Positions 27,044 to 37,407 of a stretch of DNA of 64,000 nt are shown one piece after another (the stretch's first letter is position 1; the number at the start of each line of letters is the position of its first letter). Below the pieces are notes generated by a model. It had not been told where the DNA came from, ran no database searches, and worked only from the letters and a program-made list of their open reading frames with translations. Source of the DNA: Ranitomeya imitator (lineage: Eukaryota); contig NC_091286.1 of assembly GCF_032444005.1 (NCBI RefSeq), forward strand, positions 167,400,001-167,464,000, read 5' to 3'. Both the position numbers and the translations under genes were made by a program.

Positions 27044-27717
27044 TCAAATTCTCCAAATTTCCAAATGTCCAAATCCACCCATACATGGGTGATTTTTCCC
27101 CACAAGGCCGAGACTAAACAAGTCGAGGCCCCCCCCCCCCCCCCCCCCCCCACCGCACAGCCATTTTTCAGTTATGCTGCCCATATTTAAATTAAAAATA
27201 TCCAGACCAATATTGGATAAGTGAATCAAATCCTGTCTAAACATCCCGGGTAGAAACCCCTCCAAATCTTCGTGCCTAAAAGAAAAGCCACCCAACAAAG
27301 GAAAAAATTTCATCATGGCACGGTTCACCCTCTTACGAATTTTATCCAGAAATAAAAATTGCTGTTGTTGCCAAAAGAGTCTGGGAATGATCTCAGAAAA
27401 AACAAGGCTTGAAAAAGGAAAATTTTGCCTCAAAAATATAAGATCAGACCTCATGGTCGCTAACAGATCAAGCGTATTGATTTTACCCAGATCATTACCA
27501 GCAAGATGAATAATAATTAAATCCGGGTAAGGAAATTTCAACATGCAGTTGTTTAACTCAGGAACTAAGGAAGCCCACTTCAATCCTCGAATGCTATGCC
27601 AGAAGACCTGAGTAATAGAAGGGTTAAATGATAAATTCTCCGAATAGGACCGCTGACTAGCCCTCTTCTGGGCCCAGAAAACAAATGAGTGGCCAACAAT
27701 CCAAACAATAGTTGGAC
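27044..27717 (-). CDS. SGNH/GDSL hydrolase-like ORF of the Ngaro element (no ATG; begins at a putative splice acceptor)
   Basis: Frame is open from 27718: block I WIVGHSF, block II RGLKW, block III HLAGNDL, block V QDLIH. Confidence 0.85.
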
Positions 27718-27735
27718 CTAAAAGAGAATAAACGA

Positions 27736-28599
27736 TTAGTCAGCATATAAATTATGACGAACATACAGTTTGAAACGGTTAGAGTTCCATCTACCCATTT
27801 TTTTGATTTTAGCATCGGACAAACCGGCCCTAGCGGCCTCCGTAGCTGCACCAATCCTAAAAGAATGGGAAGATATTTTGAGGTGACTTTTACCCAAAAA
27901 GGAAAGGCATTTCTTGAGGATAAAATTAAACTGAAATATCGTCACTGGTGACTTATCCCTGTGTATGAACAATGGGCCCTGCACCGCAGGCCTATTAACA
28001 ATCCATTTTGAAAAATGAAGAACCTGGCAAATAGTAGGATCATAAAATGAATTCAAGCGAATTTCACTACCCCTTCCTAACTGATCGGTTTTAGATTTCC
28101 TTATAAACACTAAGAGGGATGAATCGCATAGCTTAACGTCCTCTAGTCTGAGCCCAGATGGTTCTGCTTTTTTAAAGGATACTATCTCGCTCACTCTAAG
28201 AGCTCCAAAAAAACAGATGGAAAAAATGGCATTAAATAATAAAGCTTCCTCCGAATTCGAACAAACACTAGTCAGCGCTGAGCAAATGCTTATCAATAAC
28301 GAAAATGAGATAGGGCGTCTGGAATCTGGTAAAAAATTTTCATGTTTCAGGCCTTTCAAAAACTGTTTCACGAGAAAAAGGTCAGTTAGAGCAGTTCTCC
28401 CATGAACCTTAAAAAAAAAGGAAACTCCTGCGAAGCATTTCGCCACTGCAGAGTAAGATAAGTTCTTCTTGAGTAAGGACTCCGCAAATTGTAAGGCCAC
28501 GAAAGGATCAGACACCAATACTTCAAAACCATGCAAAACACAAAAATCAGTCCACTTCTTCCATGCGGCTGAATAATCAGCCCATGATCGTTTGGACAA
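27736..28599 (-). CDS. Tyrosine recombinase
   Basis: FFGALRVSE (R), RKSKTDQ (K), SHSFRIGAAT (HxxR) and GRWNSNRFKLY (W, Y). No upstream ATG. Confidence 0.93.
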   Translation of the reverse strand: MSKRSWADYSAAWKKWTDFCVLHGFEVLVSDPFVALQFAESLLKKNLSYSAVAKCFAGVSFFFKVHGRTALTDLFLVKQFLKGLKHENFLPDSRRPISFSLLISICSALTSVCSNSEEALLFNAIFSICFFGALRVSEIVSFKKAEPSGLRLEDVKLCDSSLLVFIRKSKTDQLGRGSEIRLNSFYDPTICQVLHFSKWIVNRPAVQGPLFIHRDKSPVTIFQFNFILKKCLSFLGKSHLKISSHSFRIGAATEAARAGLSDAKIKKMGRWNSNRFKLYVRHNLYAD

Positions 28600-28622
28600 T
28601 GAATTTTATATAAAATACGGTA

Positions 28623-30534
28623 CTAAGCTGAGATCACATCCCAGACTGAGGGAGGACAAAACGTTGCTTCTTTGTCCGCTAATGGAACATGTTGGAAAAA
28701 ATTAATCCACTGACTATTCAAAATTAGCTCCGTACAATTACTAATATTGCTAACACCCACTTTTGCCTTCAACCAAACGTTATTTTTTAAACATAATAAA
28801 ACTAATTGCCTCAGAATTTTTGCGGCCCAAAGGTTCTTTGAAGAAAGGGTATTGATAGCAAAAACCACCGCCTGGTTTGAAGAATTTAACAAAATTCTTG
28901 AATTCTGCAATTCGTTGCCCCAAAGAAAAATGAGTGAAAAAATCGCGAAGAGCTCTATGAGCAGGGAGTTATTAATGACCTTAACAAAATTACAATCGTC
29001 AGGCCAACTCAAGTGAACCCAGTGTGAAGAAAATAAAAGACCGACGCCTAAGGAAACCTCCGCCGAAAAGGCCAGCGGAATGGAATCTGCATTGATAAAA
29101 GGAGACTGAATAACAGATCTGCCATTAAAGTCAGCCAAGAATAAGAGCCAAATTCTTGCATCCTCCTTAAGATCCGATCGGACCCTGATGTGGGACTTAG
29201 GTGAAGAAAACCCCTTAGTAGCTTCGTAAAGACTTCTAGAAAATACACGGCCCATTGGGATAACCCGAAGGGCGAAATTAAGAAGGCCCAACAAAGCTTG
29301 CAAATCCTTGAGGATAATGTTTTCCTTAGACAAAAATTCCGAAAGAGATGCTCGCAGTTTAGCAACCTTTGCCTCAGGCAAAATAGCTACCATTTTTTCT
29401 GAGTCAATTAAAATACCTAAAAATTCAATCTGACTACATGGGCCGACTGTCTTATCGTGGGCGATGGGAACTCCAAAGTGAGCACACAAACGTAAGAAGC
29501 TGTCCAAGGTATCCTTACATGCGCGAGAATGAGGAGGACCCACAAAAAGGAAATCATCCAGGTAGTGCAAAATACCAGCCTCTACACAGCTGGATTGCAA
29601 TACCCAATGTAGAAAAACAGAAAAAGATTCAAAATAAAAGCAAGACAAAGAAAAGCCCATTGGAAGGCACCTATCAAAGAAAAAACAGTTATCAAACTGA
29701 AAACCCAAAGAATTGAAACCCATAGGGTGAACTGGTAAGAGCCTAAAAGCCGATTTAATATCGGATTTAGCCATCAAGGAAAAAGGGCCAAATTTTCTTA
29801 GAAGATCTAACGCGCCGTCAAAAGAAGAATAGGATACTGAACACAGATCCTTATCCACTTTGTCGTTTAGGGACTGACCCGGTGGATACGATAGATGGTG
29901 GATTAACCGAAACGAACCAAAATCTTTTTTAGGAACCACCCCTTGGGGCGAAATGCGACAATTCAAGAAAGGAGGGGACGAAAAAGGGCCAGCCACCCTA
30001 CCAAATTCTAACTCGTTAGAAATTTTTTCCCTAACAACTTCGGGAAAAGCGAAAACAGATGATACATTTTTTTACTAAAGTGCAACCTTTCCCTTCAAAA
30101 CGAGGAACAAAAAAACCGGAATAGAACCCATCATAAAGGAGACGACTAGTCTCCTTGTTTGGGAATTTGCTTAGCCAATAGACCATATTTTCCAGAATCA
30201 CTGGCGTCCGAGCCTTTTGGGTTAGAATCCCTAATTGAAGATTGCTGAGCTGCTTGCTTCTTAAAACACTTGGACATGGGGTGGGGGTTACCGCAGAACG
30301 AGCACTCATGCCTAAACCTACAGTTGTTGTTCCACTTGCAAAAAGACTCGTTGAAGGCGAAGCAGACGCCTTTTTTAGGAAAGGAATTAACCGATTGCCT
30401 GCTAACCACATTTCTCGATGGCAGCATGAGGTTAATCCACAAGCCAATGTCCTTAGTACCCCACTTGACCTCCGGGTGAACTGAAAGTTTGTGTCTAAAT
30501 GCCTCATCATAGTGAAGCCAAGCAGTACCTCCAA
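28623..30534 (-). CDS. Reverse transcriptase + RNase H-like domain; one 1-nt frameshift in the homopolymer at ~30067-30073
   Basis: VVPKK...FRLIHHLS, KSDIKSAFRLL, LPMG and HYLDDF. Removing one A joins LVKNVSSVFAFPEVV...AGPF. Confidence 0.9.
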
Positions 30535-31066
30535 AATTCCTATAGGCTTCTAAAATGATGTCGACGTGCTGAAACAGGCTGCTGCAAAGATTAGGGGATT
30601 TTTCCCCCAAAACTGCAGCATATATAGCAAAAGCCTGTATCCAATTGTTAAAAGATCTAATGTTACGTTTACTGTCATCAGAGTCAGCCCTATCATCTTT
30701 TTTATCTGACTTGGGGGGCTGATCTCTGCGAGGCAGGAGAGAAAATAGATCAATATAATTATTGTTACAAATAAGCTCCTTCACCGAAGAGCTTAAGTGA
30801 AAACCAAGGGGCGACAGTTCGCACATAAGTGCCTCCTTAAAAGGATTCAAAGGGGTAAGACCAAGGGCAGGCGCTTCTGAAGGTAAAGAAATGCTAGCAG
30901 ATACTAAAGGAGAAGGGAGACCCACATTACCCATGGTCTCACATATAACCGATTTAATAAGTTCCTTCAATTGATTGTGAGGAAAAGGGAAGTTAGTTAA
31001 CTCACCCTTTGAATGCAGAACGTCTCGGCGTCGCTCTCCAGAGCCACTTGCGCTCAAGCCCACCAT
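30146..31066 (-). CDS. Gag-like ORF with C-terminal zinc-finger motifs
   Basis: SFNNWIQAFAIYAAV, WLHYDEAFR and CFAFN...CRFRHECSFCGNPHPMSKC. Confidence 0.88.
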   Translation of the reverse strand: MVGLSASGSGERRRDVLHSKGELTNFPFPHNQLKELIKSVICETMGNVGLPSPLVSASISLPSEAPALGLTPLNPFKEALMCELSPLGFHLSSSVKELICNNNYIDLFSLLPRRDQPPKSDKKDDRADSDDSKRNIRSFNNWIQAFAIYAAVLGEKSPNLCSSLFQHVDIILEAYRNFGGTAWLHYDEAFRHKLSVHPEVKWGTKDIGLWINLMLPSRNVVSRQSVNSFPKKGVCFAFNESFCKWNNNCRFRHECSFCGNPHPMSKCFKKQAAQQSSIRDSNPKGSDASDSGKYGLLAKQIPKQGD

Positions 31067-31614
31067 AATAGGTGAGCGCGGCTCTCTGAGAGAATTTGCT
31101 TGGGGATCATCTTTTCTTCGGAGGACTGTGTAGCAACAGCTGGAGCCGGCCTTCCTTGCTGTGCCGGAGCAAAGATGGCCGCTCTGGAGCGAGAAGAGGA
31201 GGGGACCGCGGCGCTTTTACGGCCCTGCCCCTCACCTGACCTTCCGGATCCTTCATATGACGGCGAAAGTTCACGCTGAGGGCACCGGCTGAGATCCCGC
31301 ACCGGGCTGCGGGATTTGTCTGAGGTGCAGCGACGCGGCTTCTTACCGGCGTCCCGAGCGCTACGCCTGGGAGTCGCAGAACCCGCAGCTGCAGACGGCA
31401 CAGACCTAGACTTCCTGGGACAAGTTCCGGAGCTTGAATCAGTCACAGCAGCAGGTACAGGGCTTGGCAACGGAGGAAGGGGCTCTGGAACCGGAGGGGG
31501 AGGAATGGCTTCGGAGGCTGATGGCAAGGGACTCATAGCCAGACAGCTTTTTAACCAATCCAGGCCGTTTTCACCCCCGGTCCTGGCTAGAAGCTCCTGC
31601 ATAAGCTTCTCCAT
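31054..31614 (-). CDS. Pro/Ser/Arg-rich ORF, probably the frameshifted N-terminus of gag/ORF1
   Basis: ATG lies 14 bp inside repeat A1. Overlaps the gag frame, which is open about 130 nt upstream of its own ATG. Confidence 0.6.
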   Translation of the reverse strand: MEKLMQELLARTGGENGLDWLKSCLAMSPLPSASEAIPPPPVPEPLPPLPSPVPAAVTDSSSGTCPRKSRSVPSAAAGSATPRRSARDAGKKPRRCTSDKSRSPVRDLSRCPQRELSPSYEGSGRSGEGQGRKSAAVPSSSRSRAAIFAPAQQGRPAPAVATQSSEEKMIPKQILSESRAHLLWWA

Positions 31615-32902
31615 GACAGCGCGGTATCTCTTCTTTAATCTTGCGTCAGCAACTGAGGCGCTCAGAACCGCCAGTCAGGTTAAATATTTGAAAAAAGACC
31701 GCCAAAAACGCTCTCCACCAATGAGAATTCAGCAAACTTGCCGCTCAAAAACTGGTTGAAACCAGATTGTCACGAATCTACCACAGATTCTGACATTACA
31801 ATAACATCATAAAAATGCATAAAATAGTTCCCAATAAAATGGACAGAGCAGGGTCTATGAGGACATGAGATCCCCGCTATACTGCTTTATGTCTTGAGCG
31901 GGGGGGCTTACATTACCTCCTCCCATCGGCACCCATGTCACATGACCGCGGGTCGCCGATGGGTTGGCATGACATCCCGGGGTCAGGAGAAAACCCTGTG
32001 GTTGTCATTGCTGGATCGCTTTGAGCGCCGCATGGTGGTTGGCGCTCATAGCGAGTGAGCATATCTGCTACATATAGAAGGGCTGCAGCCCTGCTCTGTA
32101 GCAGAGCCAATCAGACAAATAAAGCTTCTAGCCTCCCATGGAGACTATTGAAGCATTCAGAAGTTTTAAAAAAAAGTTTTTAAAAATCTTAAAAAATATA
32201 TAAAAGTCTTAAGTCACCCCCCCATTTGCCCCATTCAAAATAAACCAATGAAAAAAAAAATCAAATATACACATATTTGGTATCGCCGCGTTCAGAATCT
32301 ATCAACATAAAAAAATAATCCAATCGGTAAACGTTGTAGCAAGAAAAAGATTGAAATACCCGTAATTACGTTTTTTTTGGTTTTCAATAGATCATATCTG
32401 CACCAAAGTGGTATCCTTAAAAACGTCAGCTCGGCACACAAAACATAAGCCCTCACCTGGCCCCAGATCCCGAAAAATGGAGACGCTGCGGGTCTTGGAA
32501 AATGGCAATTTTTTTTTTTTATATACTAACTTTGGATTTTTTTTCACCACTTAGATAAAAAAGAACCTTGACATGTTTGGTGTCTATGAACTCGTAATGA
32601 CCTGGAGAATCATAATCACAGGCCAGTTTTAGCATTTAGTGAACCTAGCAAAAATAGCCAAACAAAAAACAAGTGTGGGGACTGCACTTTTTTTTCAATT
32701 TCACCACACTTGGAATATTTTGCCCATTTTCTTTTACACGACATAGTAAAACCAATGTCATTCTAAAGTACAACTCGTCCTGCAAAAAATAAGCCTTCAC
32801 ATGGCCATTTTGACCAAAAAATAATCGTTATGGCTCTGTGAAGAAGGGGAGCAAAAAATGAAAATGGAAAACCAAAAATACCCCTGGTCGTTAAGGGGTT
32901 AA

Positions 32903-33090
32903 TCAGCCTTAAAAATAGGCCATATTATACTTTGCCAAAAAACATCTAAAGAAGTCATCCAATTCTGGAAAAGCATTCTTTGGACAGATGAAACTAAGAT
33001 AAACCTGTACCAGAATGGTGCGAAGAAGAAAGTATGGTGACTGTGTGGAGAAGCTCATGATGCAAAATGTACAACGTTTTCTGTAAAACT
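32903..33090 (+). mobile_element. Tc1 transposase relic
   Basis: WKSILWTDETKINLYQ. Confidence 0.7.
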
Positions 33091-33540
33091 AGATCTCTAC
33101 TGTTTATTGATGATTGGACTCAGAGGCGTAGCTAGTGGTTTGGTTCAGGGGATGGTGTGTGAAACTTCTGAGAGGGCCTCTAACCAGGTAACCCTGATTA
33201 CAACTATGGTGGCGCACCCTAATAGCGAATGTAGGAGAACCTCAGCAGATGTTGGTACAAAAAAAAATCTCTATACAAAGACCATCGCTGATATTACCAC
33301 CATATGGTGACCATGTAGTTAGTGGTAGAAACTAGTGCTGCAGAACATACAGTGAAGGAAATAAGTATTTGATCCCTTGCTTATTTTGTAAGTTTGCCCA
33401 CTGACAAAAGTCATGAACAGACTAAAATTTTAAGGGTAGGTTAATTTTAACATTGAGAGATAGACTGTCAAAAGAAATCCAGAAAATCACAATGTATAAA
33501 TTATATAAATTTATTTGCATTTTGCAGTGAGAAATAAGTA

Positions 33541-36021
33541 CCGTGATTTTTGCTTTTTAAGACGCACCTGATTATAAGACGCACCTAGATTTTAGACAGG
33601 AAAATAAGGAAAAAATATTTTGATCCAAATAGTGTGCAAAAACCTTTCATAAAATACAAAAATATTATCTGTGGATGACGCTCTGTTATGGGGGATCTGT
33701 GAATTACAGTACTGTGCCTGCAGTACCGTATATTGTGATTATCGCCCCCTCATCCTCAGGTTACACCCACTTACTGTATACATGGATGTATTCTGAAAGA
33801 TAAGGGAGGTGGTAGTCACATTTGCAATAAACACTTTGGACACTACATTACAGTGTATATACTAAATATGGCTAGAACCCCCATCATCCTACAGAATATA
33901 CCCATTGATACAGTATATTCTGAAGGATGATGGGGGTTGTTTTCTCACCTTTGCTAAAAGGATCTCACTAGGGTTGAGCGAAACGGGTCGGCCAGATTCA
34001 GAAGTCGCCGACTTTTGGCAAAGTCGGGTTTCATGAAACCCGACCCCTGTGTGGGGTCGGCCATGAGGTCGGCGATCTTCTGAATCTGGTATCGGAATTC
34101 CGATACCGAGTTCCGATATGTTTGCGATATCGGAAATTGGTATCGGAATCCATATTTAAGTGTAAAATAAAGAATCAAAATAAAAAATATTGATATACTC
34201 ACCCTCGGACGCGCCCTGGTACTAACCGGCAGCCTTCCTTCCTAAGAATGAGTGCCTGAAAGGCCTTCTGTGACGTCGCGGCTTGTGATTGGTCGCGTGA
34301 CCAATCACAAGCCGCGACGTCATCGAAGGTCCTTCAGTCGCTCATTCTTAGGAAGGAAGGTTGCCGGTGAGAACCAGGGTGCGTCCGAGGGTAAGTATAT
34401 CAATATTTTTTATTTTGATTCTTTATTTTACACTTAAATATGGATCTCAGGGCCTGAAGGAGAGTTTCCTCTCCTTCAGACCCTGGGAACCATTAGAAAC
34501 CCAATGCACTGCATTGGGTTTCGGCCGACCCCCGACCCCGACTTTTCTATAGGATCGGCCGATTTCACTCGACCCGACTTTTGAAAAAGTCGGGTTTCGT
34601 GAAACCCGACCCGATCCTATAAAAAGAAAAGTCGCTCAACCCTAGATCTCACACTTGTGAGTACCGTAGTTGCAACATTAAATAGTGTGCAGAGACAGAT
34701 ATGTGATTGGTGGAGGCAGCTCAGCAACAGTTCCCTCCACCAATCACTATCCATCCCTGCAGAGGAAGAGGAGAATCACTCTTCTCAACCTCCTCAGGTT
34801 TAGGCCTCTTTGACACATCTGTGTCTCCAGTACATGTGGTGACAATTTTCACACGTACCGGAGACACTGACAAAGGTAGACCCATTCAAATGAATGGGTC
34901 TGTGCACATGTCAGTGTGTTCCAAAGCACCGTGTGCCCCACACGTAGACATGTCCATTTTTTACTGTCAACACAGGCGGCAAAACGTTCCACACACGTGC
35001 ACACTGAGAACACTCATGGATGTCATCAGTGTGACACGCATCGGCACCGGTGAATAAGCGCTACAGTAAGCTCTTCTATGGTGCCGGGTGCTCTCATACT
35101 CCTGTGCTCTGCCGGCGATCGGCGCAAGCAGAGGAGAATGAGTTCTATTCAAGTCAGAACAATAACCGCAGGCGGGGGCTTTTTGGACTATTACTCCCAT
35201 CAACATACACCTGCTGCCGCTAATGGCAGAAGCAGATGATGGGGGTATTCCTCACCCGCCGCCTGTGTTATAACTAAATGAATGAAAACCCTCAGCTGTC
35301 AGCTTCCGCAAGGTTGTTATCAAGAATAGAGGGGTTCCCACGCCTTATTTTTAATTAAATAATTTTAAAAAACTTGTGGGGTCCCCCCCATTTTTGACAA
35401 CCAGCATTGCTAAAGCTCACATCTGGGAGCTGGTATTTTCAGGCTGGTAAGGGGCCATGGATATTGCCCCCTCCCCAGCTTAAAAATATCAGCCCACAGC
35501 TGCCCAGAAAAGGCGCATCTATTGGATGCGCCAATTCTGGCGCTTTGCCCGGCTTTTCCTACTTGCTCTGTAGCGGTGGCAAGTGGGGTTCATAATTGTG
35601 GGGTTGATGTCACCTGACAATACATAGATGCTTGATGCATGGGCTTGATGCCCACTGCTTAGTAATGGAGAGGCGTCGATGAGACACCTATCCATTACTA
35701 ATCCTATAGCTATATGGTAAATAAAGACACAGCCAGAATAAAATCCTTTAATTGAAAAAATGACACATATTACTTTAATAATCTCAATAAAAGCATACTT
35801 ACGCCCTCGCCTAATTCCACCAAAGCCCTGATCTCCTTTAATAAAAGTAAAATAAATAAACAACAATATACCATACCTGTCTGTTCTGTCCCTCGCCGCT
35901 GTACCACCACTGCAACTCCCGCAGCATAGGTAATAATAATGTTTGGTTTATAAGACTCATGCCCATTTCCCCCCTAATTTTGGGGATCATAAAAGTGCGT
36001 CTTATATAGCGAAAAATACGG
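33541..36021. mobile_element. Tc2/pogo-like non-autonomous element with TA TSD
   Basis: Imperfect TIRs CCGTGATTTTTGCTTTTTAAGACGCAC / CCGTATTTTTCGCTATATAAGACGCAC. TA at 33539-33540 and 36022-36023. Confidence 0.8.
33969..34644. mobile_element. hAT MITE, 676 bp
   Basis: TIR TAGGGTTGAGCGA and perfect 8-bp TSD GATCTCAC (33961-33968, 34645-34652). Confidence 0.92.
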
Positions 36022-37274
36022 TATTTGATCCCGTACCAACCATCAAGAGTTGTGGCTCCTACAGGCCAGTTAGACGCTCATAATCAACTTGTTACCTGCA
36101 TTAAAGACAGCTGTCTTACATAGTCACCTTTATAAAAGACTCCTGTCTGCAGACTCCATTAATCAGTCAGAATCTAACCTCTACAACATGGGCAAGTCCA
36201 AAGCGCTTTCTAAGGATTCCGGGGACAAGATCATAGACCTGCACAAAGCTGGAATGGGCTGCAAAATCATAAGTAAGACACTGGGTGAGAAGGAGACAAC
36301 TGTTGGTGCAATAGTAAGTAAATGGAAGAAATACAAAATGACTGTCAATCGACATCGATCTGGGGCACCATGCAAAATCTCCCCTTATGGGGTATCCTTG
36401 ATCATGAGGAAGGTGAAAGATCATCCTAAAACTACACAGGGGGAACTTGTTAATGATCTCAAGGCAGCTGGGACCACAGTCACCAAGGAAACAATTGCTA
36501 ACACATTATGCCGTAAAGGTTTAAAATCCTGCAGTGCCCACAAGGTCCCCCTGCTCAAGTAGGCACATGTGCAGGCCTGTCTGCAGTTTGCCAATGAACA
36601 CCTGGATGATTCTGTGAGTGATTGGGAGAAGTTGCTGTGGTCAGACGAGACAAAAATTGAGGTCTTTGACATTAACTCTACTCACCGTGTTTGGAGGAAG
36701 AGAAATGCTGCTTATGACCCAAAGAACACCATCCCCACTGTCAAGCATGGAGGTGGAAACATGTTTTGGGGGCGTTTCTCTGCTAAGGGCACAGGACTAT
36801 TTCACCGCATCATTGGGAGAATGGATGGAGTCATGTACCTTCTCTCCACCAGGACATTAAAAATTGGTCGTTGCTGCGTCTTCCAACAAGACAATGACTC
36901 AAAACATACAAAGGAGTGGCTCAAAAAGAAGCACATTAAGGTCATGGAGTGGCCTAGCCAGTCTCTAGACCTTAATACAATAGACAACTTATGGAGGGAA
37001 TTGAAGCTCCGGATTGCCCAGCGACAGCCTCAAAATCTTAATGATTTAGAGATGATCTGCAAAGAGGAGTGGACCAAAATTTCTCCTGACATGTGCGCAA
37101 ACCTCATCATCAACTACAAAAAAACATCTGACTGCTGTGCTTGCCAACAAAGGTTTTGCCACCAAGTGTTAAGTGTTGTTTGCCAGAGGGATCAATTGCT
37201 CATTTCTCACTGCAAAATGCAAACACATTTATATAATTTATACGATGTGATGATTTTCTGGATTTTATTTCTGA

Positions 37275-37407
37275 TACTATAGATGGAGGCCCAATGCTAT
37301 CACATCGGGAAGGTGGTGACGTGCCGATGGGGGCAAGCTGCAAAGCCTGCCCCCATCGGCACGTCACCACCCACTCGATGCGATAGCATCAGGCCTCCAT
37401 CATAGTA
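37275..37407. repeat. 133-bp foldback (about 60-bp arms, 12-nt loop), probably a tiny MITE
   Basis: GATGGAGGCC..ATGCTATC.CATCG....GGTGGTGACGTGCCGATGGGGGCA is mirrored. TA at both ends. Confidence 0.75.

Larger units (their letters stand above)
26369..31913 (-). mobile_element. Ngaro-type (DIRS order) tyrosine-recombinase retrotransposon, complete, 5,545 bp
   Basis: Split direct repeats in A1-ORFs-B1-A2-B2 order: A1 31628-31913, A2 26621-26906, B1 26904-27105, B2 26369-26570. Encodes gag, RT/RH, YR and SGNH ORFs. No TSD. Confidence 0.95.
26206..32898. mobile_element. Second TTAA/CCCCTT non-autonomous family (F), host of the Ngaro insertion; left end missing
   Basis: Ends GGTCGTTAAGGGG|TTAA (32899-32902). 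Segment 32210-32860 is the reverse complement of ~61290-61957. Confidence 0.7.
33350..37270 (+). mobile_element. IR/DR-type Tc1 element, interrupted at 33541-36021; transposase pseudogene ~36187-37150; right TIR lost
   Basis: TA|CAGTGAAGGAAATAAGTATTTGATCCC, MGKSK...[24 protein letters not shown] and [15 protein letters not shown]. Confidence 0.88.

Noticed and set aside
28635-28660. Strong TTTTGTCCTCCCTCAG acceptor as the YR splice site
   Set aside because: It is phase 2 for YR, so it is out of frame with the phase-1 donor at 31006, and a TAA follows.
30060-30080. Programmed ribosomal frameshift in the Ngaro RT
   Set aside because: The break lies inside the pol frame at a homopolymer. A single-base insertion or read error is simpler.
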